A DNA stretch of 64,000 bases. Origin: Candidatus Bathyarchaeota archaeon (GTDB lineage: Archaea; Thermoproteota; Bathyarchaeia; TCS64). The stretch lies in NCBI GenBank assembly GCA_963769425.1, contig CAVYLP010000001.1, positions 96,001 through 160,000 of the forward strand, given 5' to 3'. The position numbers and the translations under genes were made by a program. Under the pieces are notes generated by a model. The model was not told the DNA's origin and made no database searches. It worked only from the letters and a program-made list of their open reading frames with translations. Shown here in pieces: positions 56,685 to 64,000 of the stretch; position 1 is the stretch's first letter, and every line of letters starts with the position of its first letter.

Positions 56685-57623
56685 TTGTCCTACGCGGCGG
56701 TTGACATCGGGGCCACAAACATCAGGGTGGCGGTTGGTGATGAGAAAGGGATTAGGAACAGGTACTCCGAGGCCTCCGATAAGCTAAATGGTCCGGAGGG
56801 TGTTCCGAGACAGATAGCCAGAATGATCAAGGGCTTAGTCTCCGAGCCACTCGCCATCGGTGTTGGTTCAATAGGCCCACTTGATGTAAAGGCGGGGATG
56901 ATTGGGGCTACGCCCAACTTCGGCTTCAAGAATATCCAAGTAGTAGCCCCCCTCGCGGCCGAGTTCGGTGTGCCCGTCCAGATTATGAATGACTGTAACG
57001 CGGGGGTGATTGGGGAGCACGTTTACGGGGCGGGTAGAGGGATCGATGACCTTTTCTACGTTACCCTCAGCACCGGGTTGGGTGGCGGAGCCATCGTTGA
57101 TGGTAGCCCGCTGAGCGGTAAGGACGGAAACGCGCCTGAGATAGGCCACCTCACCCTCGACCCGGACTCGGAGTTGACCTGCGGGTGTGGGTGTAAGGGT
57201 CACTGGGAGGCCTACTGCAGCGGCGCTAACATCCCCAACTTCGCGAGGGTTCTTCTAAGGGACAGGGAGTTGGTAGGGAGTATATTGCAGAAGATGGTGG
57301 GGGGTGACCTCGGCATGCTCTCGTCGGAGATGATTTTCAAGGCGGCTGGTATGGGGGATAAAGACGCTGCATTCGTAGTTGAGGAGATTGGTAAGATGAA
57401 TGCTATCGGATTCGCAAATATTGTCAACGCCTTTGACCCAGAACTTATCACGGTCGGGGGATCAGTCGCCCTGAACAACCCAGGTCCAATTATCGAGCCT
57501 ATCATGAGGGGGATCGGGAAACACCTCATTAACAGGAGACCGGAGATTAAACTCACCCCCCTCGGGTCCGACGTCGTGCTCTACGGCGGCCTCGCTATTG
57601 CCCTACGCCTTCATAAGAAGTAG
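56685..57623 (+). CDS. ROK family sugar kinase (glucokinase-like)
   Basis: VDIGAT, ND.N....GE, TLSTGLGGG, EIGH, CGCG..GHWEAYCSG. Confidence 0.93.
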   Translation: MSYAAVDIGATNIRVAVGDEKGIRNRYSEASDKLNGPEGVPRQIARMIKGLVSEPLAIGVGSIGPLDVKAGMIGATPNFGFKNIQVVAPLAAEFGVPVQIMNDCNAGVIGEHVYGAGRGIDDLFYVTLSTGLGGGAIVDGSPLSGKDGNAPEIGHLTLDPDSELTCGCGCKGHWEAYCSGANIPNFARVLLRDRELVGSILQKMVGGDLGMLSSEMIFKAAGMGDKDAAFVVEEIGKMNAIGFANIVNAFDPELITVGGSVALNNPGPIIEPIMRGIGKHLINRRPEIKLTPLGSDVVLYGGLAIALRLHKK

Positions 57624-57635
57624 TCGAGGATTCGG

Positions 57636-58382
57636 CTAAGGTATCTGCTTAACAATCAGTACGCCGTCTACGTCATTCCTGTACTGTATTAGGTCGCCGT
57701 TGTAGAAGTATAGGGTGATCTCGAAGTTGGGTTCCCTCGCGACCACACACTCGTAGCTCTTAGAGCCGATGTTGACGAATTGGTGTGCGGTGTCTACGCC
57801 GTACTCGAACTGCTGTATAACGCCTCCTTGCGGTACGAAGGCGTTGACGTAGTATTTGCTACCCTCTGAGGCGTTGAAGCTCTTTGAGAGGAGTTCCCAG
57901 TGGGCGGGGTCGTTGTTGTCGATTAGGACCGTGTTCGTGGGGAGCGCTACGGAGAGAGTCTGGTTCTTCCCCTCTGAGTAATTCACGACGTTGACATTGT
58001 CTCCTGCGAAGAGGCAATGTAGTGAGGTCATGGTACCGTTTGAGCTGAAGTCTTCGTTGTAGCTTATGTGTGATACTTCACTTAGGAATTGGTGTGTGGT
58101 GTTTACTTCTAGATGTGTGAACTGGTAGATGATGTCGACCTTGGTTGTGAGTGTGTATTGATTGGAGCCTCCTGATGTCTGGTTGCTGAGGTTGTAGGTG
58201 TAGGTGCCGATTAGGTTGCCATCTTTGTAGTAGTTGAAACTCTGAGGGGCCCCGGTTAGGAGGTTGATGTAGCCTGTGGGTGAGTAGTCTATGAATGGGT
58301 TTGAGAAGTTGCTGTAGAGTTCGACGGCGACCGCCCCCGCTATGATGAGGGCGCCGAGGATGAGGACGTCTCGGTTGTTCAA
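57636..58382 (-). CDS. membrane-anchored hypothetical protein
   Basis: N-terminal TM; Asn/Thr/Tyr-rich extracellular-type domain. Confidence 0.7.
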   Translation of the reverse strand: MNNRDVLILGALIIAGAVAVELYSNFSNPFIDYSPTGYINLLTGAPQSFNYYKDGNLIGTYTYNLSNQTSGGSNQYTLTTKVDIIYQFTHLEVNTTHQFLSEVSHISYNEDFSSNGTMTSLHCLFAGDNVNVVNYSEGKNQTLSVALPTNTVLIDNNDPAHWELLSKSFNASEGSKYYVNAFVPQGGVIQQFEYGVDTAHQFVNIGSKSYECVVAREPNFEITLYFYNGDLIQYRNDVDGVLIVKQIP

Positions 58383-58426
58383 GGGTGTCAGATAATGGGG
58401 GACGGCGTGTTTAAAGGGGTTTGGGG

Positions 58427-59935
58427 CTAGATCGAGTGGGCCGCGGCGCTCTGGTGGAGATTGTCGAGGGCGGCCTCGACTTTATTTTTCTTCTCTATGA
58501 GCTTGGTTCTCTGCTTCTTGGCCATCGCGCTGTGTTCTTTGAGCATCCGCTTCACTTCTGAGGGGCTCGGGCTTCCTAGGCTGACTCTCCTGTTGAGGCT
58601 TTGTATCGGGTCCGTTGCTTTGTCGATGAGGGCTTGGGTGACTTTGACCTTCTTCTTGTAGAGTTTAGCGGCGCTAGCTTCCACGTCTTCAGGCTTGAGT
58701 CTATCGAGTGTTGCACCTCGGCTGATTGTTAGGTTGACTAGGTCTGCTGCTATCTTGTAGGATTCTCGGAAGCTTAGGTTGGTCTCGTTTGCTAGGGTCT
58801 CGGCGAGCTCCACGGCCATGGCGAAGTTGCCTTGAAGGGGTTTCGCGAGTCTCTCGGGCTTGATCTTCATGGTCGCGACGGCGCCAGTCATTATCTCTAA
58901 GCAGATCTGGGTGTTGTCGATGGTGCGCCAGAGGGTGAGCTTCGTCTCCTGTAGGTCCTGAACGTAGCCTGTGGTCAGCCCCTTCTCCATCGTGAGGAGT
59001 TCGATTAGGGCCCCATAGGATTCGCCTGTTTTTCCTCTGAGGAGCTCGATTGTGCTTGGGTTCTTCTTCTGGGGCATGATGCTGCTGCTTGAGGCGTACT
59101 CGTCTGCGAGCTCTATGTATCCAAACTCTACCGTACTCCACTCAAGTAGGTCTGCTGCGATCCGGCTTAAGTCACCCATGATTATAGCGCACACTGTGGC
59201 GGTCTCCATGGCCCAGTCCCTGCTGCTTGTGGCGTCTATGGAGTTCTCGTGTATGGAGTCGAAGCCGAGGAGTTCGGTGGTTCTCTTGCGGTTGATATTG
59301 ATGCTTGTTCCACCAACGGGCCCGGCGCCTAGTGGATTAGTATTGACTCTGGCATAGAGCTCGGTTAGCCGTTGCTCGTCGCGTATGAGTATGTCCGCGT
59401 AGGCGCTGAGGTACGCGCCCATTGTTCCGACTTGGGCATGTTGACCGTGGGTGTAGAGGATCATGGGTGTGTCGGCGTGTTCGGTTGCGCGTTTCTGTAG
59501 GGCATCGACGAGGTTGAGGGTGGCCTCACCTATCTTGAGGATGTCCTCGCGTAACCTGAGCTTTATGTCTGTTACCACTTGGTCGTTTCTGCTTCGGCCG
59601 GTGTGGATCATTCCGCCAGCCTCGATTCCTATCTGCTTGATAACGGTGGTTTCAATGTATTCGTGGACGTCCTCGTATTCGGCGCCGATTGTTACCTCTC
59701 CTCTTCGCCATTTCTGGCGGATCTCTTCGAGAGCAGTGAGGATTAATCGTAGCTCCTTGGCGGGGATGATGCCCTGTTCATGGAGCATTATATCGTGTGC
59801 GGTTGTGCAGTTTATGTCGTCCTCGAAGATTCGTAGGTCCTCGTTGACGCTTGTGTGGAAGACTGCGGTCTTATTGTCGAACTCCTTCCCCAGGCGTGAC
59901 CGGAATAGGCTACCCTGGGTCACTGGTTTGGCCAT
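58427..59935 (-). CDS. argH: argininosuccinate lyase
   Basis: EDVH, HTGRSRNDQ, YTH.Q.AQ, SSSIMPQKKNP, FRESY. Confidence 0.95.
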   Translation of the reverse strand: MAKPVTQGSLFRSRLGKEFDNKTAVFHTSVNEDLRIFEDDINCTTAHDIMLHEQGIIPAKELRLILTALEEIRQKWRRGEVTIGAEYEDVHEYIETTVIKQIGIEAGGMIHTGRSRNDQVVTDIKLRLREDILKIGEATLNLVDALQKRATEHADTPMILYTHGQHAQVGTMGAYLSAYADILIRDEQRLTELYARVNTNPLGAGPVGGTSININRKRTTELLGFDSIHENSIDATSSRDWAMETATVCAIIMGDLSRIAADLLEWSTVEFGYIELADEYASSSSIMPQKKNPSTIELLRGKTGESYGALIELLTMEKGLTTGYVQDLQETKLTLWRTIDNTQICLEIMTGAVATMKIKPERLAKPLQGNFAMAVELAETLANETNLSFRESYKIAADLVNLTISRGATLDRLKPEDVEASAAKLYKKKVKVTQALIDKATDPIQSLNRRVSLGSPSPSEVKRMLKEHSAMAKKQRTKLIEKKNKVEAALDNLHQSAAAHSI

Positions 59936-60049
59936 TTGGCTAGGGTTTGGGTTGGACCATTTATAGGCGTTGTGACGCGGGTGTTGCGTTTTGGGGGTGT
60001 TTTGTCGTGTTTGATGTCGGTTTGGTTTCTGTATGTAGGGGCGTGTTTG

Positions 60050-60273
60050 GTGGAGGATTGTTGATCCCTCACTATAGGGGGTGTTTCCCTGCCAGGAATC
60101 ACCTTCCTTCCATCATCGTCCTTCTTGCTCCGTTCACTGAATGAAGGGGCGGGGGGATTTGGGAATTTATTCGATCCAGTTATTTTTAGACTGAAAATAT
60201 GGGAAATTTTTTATATAAAGAGTGACGGAAGATCAACCTATCATATACACTTATCTGGCAGTATAGATTATCC
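60050..60273 (-). repeat. dispersed ~220-bp non-coding element, copy 2
   Basis: Reverse complement is collinear with 27740-27959. Confidence 0.8.
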
Positions 60274-60681
60274 TAGGCAGTTATTACGATTAGCCTCTAA
60301 TTTCGATTAGACTGACAGTTATTGTTAGAAAAACTGAGATGCGATGAGCGGATAAAAAAAGAAATACCCAAACAACTTCAATTCAAAATATCGAGATTGC
60401 TTACCTTATCCTTGTGATGCTGTTGCTCAGTGTTGTCCAGCCTCAAGGGCATGTTACGAATCATCATTTCAACAAGTTTGTTGGATAAGAAAATATGTAA
60501 AACTTTGGATATTTTCAAATAGATGGAAAGATTCGTCTTGCTTTAGATACTAGTTAAAAAGGTTTTAATATTTTAATATCAAAGGTCGATAGTATTTCAT
60601 CTCCAAGCAAAATAGATAAAATGAAAAAGCTGTTTTGAAATGAACTATTATTTATAAAAGAGTGCGAATTCACACATTTTT

Positions 60682-61224
60682 TTATCCAGCAAAAGCACGT
60701 CTGAGGATGAATACAGTGGCTGCTACTGCTACGATGTCTACAACGATGGCCCAGAAAGTCCAGTCAGGGTACACTAGTAAAGCTACGGTCTTTTCGACGG
60801 CGCCGATCTTGATATCGTAATGGACGTGTGAAATAGGATTAACGAAGGGGTCTAGTTTAACCTCGTATTTAACGTCAAGATCACCTTTTTGGAGTGGATT
60901 TATCATCAGGACTGTCGCGCCGGGGAAATCGAAGTTCACAGGCATACTCTTTATGGTCTCATTTGCCAACATGTGAAAATCGACACTCGTCATTGTAGTT
61001 CCGTTAACCACGATGGGGATAGTGAGTGTTTCCTCTTGACCCGCTGGCTTCGAGCACTGTACCTTCAGATCAATGGACCCCCAAGATGGTGAGTTAGAGG
61101 CCACAACGTCAGGGATGATGACGTTATCGACCTTTATTTGCGCGTTAGTGATGGGGGCAATAAGCGTAACCATAAAAACGGTGAAGATAACTAATTGGAT
61201 TAGCTTCTTTTTCTCAATGAACAA
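60682..61224 (-). CDS. hypothetical protein with signal peptide and C-terminal TM anchor
   Basis: Hydrophobic N- and C-termini, terminal RR. Confidence 0.7.
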   Translation of the reverse strand: MFIEKKKLIQLVIFTVFMVTLIAPITNAQIKVDNVIIPDVVASNSPSWGSIDLKVQCSKPAGQEETLTIPIVVNGTTMTSVDFHMLANETIKSMPVNFDFPGATVLMINPLQKGDLDVKYEVKLDPFVNPISHVHYDIKIGAVEKTVALLVYPDWTFWAIVVDIVAVAATVFILRRAFAG

Positions 61225-61562
61225 TCAACAACGCTCCGCTTCAAAAAACATCTCTCTGTTTGTAGTTATAAAATTTTGTAGATAACTCAAATTTTGATAT
61301 ATCGCTACATAATATAATATGTTTTTTGATGAATGTAAAAGGAAAATCATTCTTGAATTTATTTACAGCCCTAAAGAATTGAAGTCTAGCTAAGTAGTTA
61401 TAAATAATAAGCAATGATTCAGAAGATCACAATGAGGGCATCCTTTACCATCTCGATAGGTACCAGTGGATACCCCGCACAGGACATTTTTCATTAATCT
61501 AATCCATTATTATCGATTAGAAATTTACTATAATAAACTCGGTATAAGAATTAAAAATAAGG

Positions 61563-62697
61563 TTAAGCCTTCCCGACGTTGTGCCTCTCGTAGAGTTTCT
61601 TCAACTTCGCGTCGAGCTCTTTGGCACGTTCCTCGTGTTCGGCTGGCTTGATCTCGGGGCAGTCGTATCCGACAACCTCGCGCATCAAGCTTAACATTCT
61701 CGTCCACAAAGACGACGGTGCCGTCGGGCTTTACCCTCTCGATGCCGTCGATCTTTGCCCCGTCCTCGTTGAGCTTCACCGCCTCCTTGAGGCTGATACC
61801 GGAGAGGGTCACTTTGGCGCCAGAAGCGTCAAGGATGCAGGGGTAGCCGCCGGGCAACCCGTTAGGGGCGGGTAGACACTGGATGATCTCGCCTGTGTTG
61901 TAGTAGATGGCGAGGGTGATCTTGAGGAAGCTACTCGCCGTCTTCATCTGGTCGACTAGCGGGCCGGGGAAGCTGGGCATGTTAGCGTACCCATATTTGT
62001 CGTAGAGTTTCGCGACGGTTTTGACTGGGTACTCTTTGCTCACGTCGTCGCCGGCGGCTATGATCTTGTACCAGCTGGGGCCATCCATCTTCGCTGTGTA
62101 GAACGTGCCGTGGTGCCCTACCGCGAGGACCTGAACATCCCTCACCGGGACTTTCCTCTCAGTCGCAACGATCTTCCTGAGCCTGCTCGCGCCGAGGTCC
62201 ATGTTACCGCCACCACAGACCGGGGGCAGGTTCAGCTTACCCAGAATCACGTTCGTGAGGTCCGGGTAGGCGCCGTTCACCACCTTCGTCTCGATGCCGC
62301 TCTTCTTCACCGCCTGCATGAGCTTATGGGTGAGTGTGAAGTGAAAGGGTATCCATGGACCGATTGGGCTGATCTTCTTATAGACCTCGCTAGGTAGCAG
62401 GCGGGTGACCCACCACGCGCCTAGGCTCGCGAGGCTGCAGACGACGCTGGGCTGCTCCTCCTTGAGCAGCTCCGCCGTCTCGTCGATGTCGAATAGGTTG
62501 ATCTTGCGGAAGCTGAGGTCGGGGTAGAGGCCGAAGTTATGGGCGACGTGTAGACACTCGTCCACCTCGTATTTCCCTTTAGCCTCGTTGTAGTCTGCGC
62601 CGACGACGCTGATCTTATCGGTCATGCTCGCTATCTGGTACATCATGTCGTGGGCCACGCTACCCGCGGAGCCGATGAGGAGAATCTTACCCATCAT
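61563..62697 (-). CDS. NAD(P)-dependent oxidoreductase (saccharopine dehydrogenase/LDH-like Rossmann fold); frameshift near 61690
   Basis: LLIGSAGSV, VNGAYPD, GGGNMD, APNGLPGGYP; the alternative frame ends ..MREVVGYDC...NVGKA* at 61563. Confidence 0.75.
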
Positions 62698-62818
62698 TTG
62701 AGGTCAGGGTAACTGTTGTCTGTTTGTGTATAAACGATTTAGGGGAGCCTCCGGCTTTGACCGCAAGAAACAGACGAACCCGTTTTAAGCTGCGGCCTTC
62801 AGGGTGGATCGACGCTGA

Positions 62819-63472
62819 ATGGAAAGGATTTACGCGCCGGGCTGCGCCCTCACGATATACAAGCCACACCTAGCCGAGAAGATGCACGAGTTACTCAGCG
62901 AGAACCTAGGCGAGATGGAGAGGCTCGACACCTGTTGCAGGAACCACCCCGCGCTCCGGGACGGCGTGCAAGTGATAAACACCTGCCCCGGCTGCGACAG
63001 GCGATACAGGAGCAACTACACAGCCTCGACGACAAAGTCGGTCTGGGAGGTAATTGCGGAGGGCGATTGGTTCCACTTCCCCGACTACCACGGCGCGAAA
63101 ATGAGCATACACGACGCCTGCCCGACCCGTGATCAGGTCAGGGTACACAAGGCAATGAGGACACTGCTCAAGAAGATGAACATCGAAGTTGTCGAGCCGG
63201 TGAAGACAGGAACCAACGCCACTTGCTGTGGGGACAGCCTCTACCCCGCACTCCCCGTGGACCAGGTCAACGAGGCCATGAGAAAACGCGCCGCGGAGAT
63301 GCCCGTCGAGGACGTCGTCGTCTACTGTGTCTCCTGTGTCAAATCCATGTTCATAGGCGGTAAGAAACCCCGCTACATGGTGGACCTCCTCTTCGGCGAG
63401 GAGACGCTGCCCCAGACCACAGAAACCGTCGAGTGGCACAGGCAGATCGACGAGTACACGCTGAATCACTAA
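62819..63472 (+). CDS. CCG-domain (Fe-S)-binding protein
   Basis: PGC, CC, TCPGC, HDACP, CCG, YCVSC. Confidence 0.85.
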   Translation: MERIYAPGCALTIYKPHLAEKMHELLSENLGEMERLDTCCRNHPALRDGVQVINTCPGCDRRYRSNYTASTTKSVWEVIAEGDWFHFPDYHGAKMSIHDACPTRDQVRVHKAMRTLLKKMNIEVVEPVKTGTNATCCGDSLYPALPVDQVNEAMRKRAAEMPVEDVVVYCVSCVKSMFIGGKKPRYMVDLLFGEETLPQTTETVEWHRQIDEYTLNH

Positions 63473-63504
63473 GAATATCACCGGGCTCGACGATCATTCG
63501 CGGG

Positions 63505-64000
63505 GTGGCGTGCGTGCACATCGAAGTGCTTGATGAGGGATTACTCCGAAAAGCTGTCGGGGTTTTAGCCGACCGCGACCCCGACCTCGCCGCCATCGTG
63601 CGCCGCCATGGTGCCCCACCCATGTGGTCGAGGCCACCTGGCTACCCGACCCTCATCCGCATTATCTTGGAGCAGCAGGTCTCCCTATCCTCGGCGCGTG
63701 CCGCGTACGAACGGCTAGAAGACGCCCTCGGCGAGATCACGCCCTCTAACTTCCTCAGGCTGAATGACGCTGAGCTGAAAGCCGTAGGCTTCAGCCGCCA
63801 GAAGACGCGCTACGGTCGCATGCTCGCGGAGGAGATACTCGACGGCTCCTTCGACATCGATACCCTGGAGAACCTCCCCGACGAGGAGGTGCGCGCCCGG
63901 CTCATCGAGTTGAAGGGCATCGGGCGGTGGAGCGCCGATATTTACCTCCTCATGGCGCTGAGACGTCCCGACATCTGGCCCCACGGGGACCTCGCCCTAG
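63505..64000 (+). CDS. DNA-3-methyladenine glycosylase II (HhH-GPD/AlkA family), runs off the window end
   Basis: Manual translation: RDPDLA, IILEQQVS, GFSRQK, LKGIGRWSADIYL, RPDIWP.GDL. Confidence 0.9.
   Translation, partial: MACVHIEVLDEGLLRKAVGVLADRDPDLAAIVRRHGAPPMWSRPPGYPTLIRIILEQQVSLSSARAAYERLEDALGEITPSNFLRLNDAELKAVGFSRQKTRYGRMLAEEILDGSFDIDTLENLPDEEVRARLIELKGIGRWSADIYLLMALRRPDIWPHGDLAL

Noticed and set aside
60068-60079. CTCACTATAGGG, the 3' half of the T7 promoter
   Set aside because: Only 12 bp match, the TAATACGA part is absent, and it lies inside a natural repeat with a diverged paralogue; coincidence.

Overview
Archaeal chromosomal DNA from an anaerobic, probably peptide or amino-acid fermenting organism. 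A Bathyarchaeia-like origin is inferred from the UPF0200/UPF0201 gene pair, TATA-box promoters, stand-alone Lrp/RAM domains and the Hdr/Mvh/Ech content. The left part (1-27 kb) is a mosaic of catabolic and accessory genes. It includes a 5.4-kb island (SIR2-domain protein, CocE/NonD hydrolase, secreted repeat protein) whose gene boundaries all carry parts of one palindromic GGGTTTGGG-AAAAGACTTTAG-CCCCAAACCC site, a PD-(D/E)XK-like gene followed by palindromic repeats, and an AT-rich DUF3800 gene with a 5' RNA hairpin. The centre (28-54 kb) is an energy-conservation supercluster. It contains echA-B-C-[echD fused to a GltD/NfnB-like NADPH flavoprotein]-echE-F-hdrC-B-A, divergent gdhA-nfnAB, three stand-alone RAM domains, and a 2-oxoacid:ferredoxin oxidoreductase upstream of mvhG-mvhA-hdrA-hdrA. 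A ~220-bp non-coding element occurs twice (27.7 kb and 60.1 kb). About ten single-base frameshifts in otherwise intact genes look like long-read indel errors. No tRNA, rRNA, transposase, integrase or cas gene was recognised. All assignments are by eye from motifs; no database search was run.
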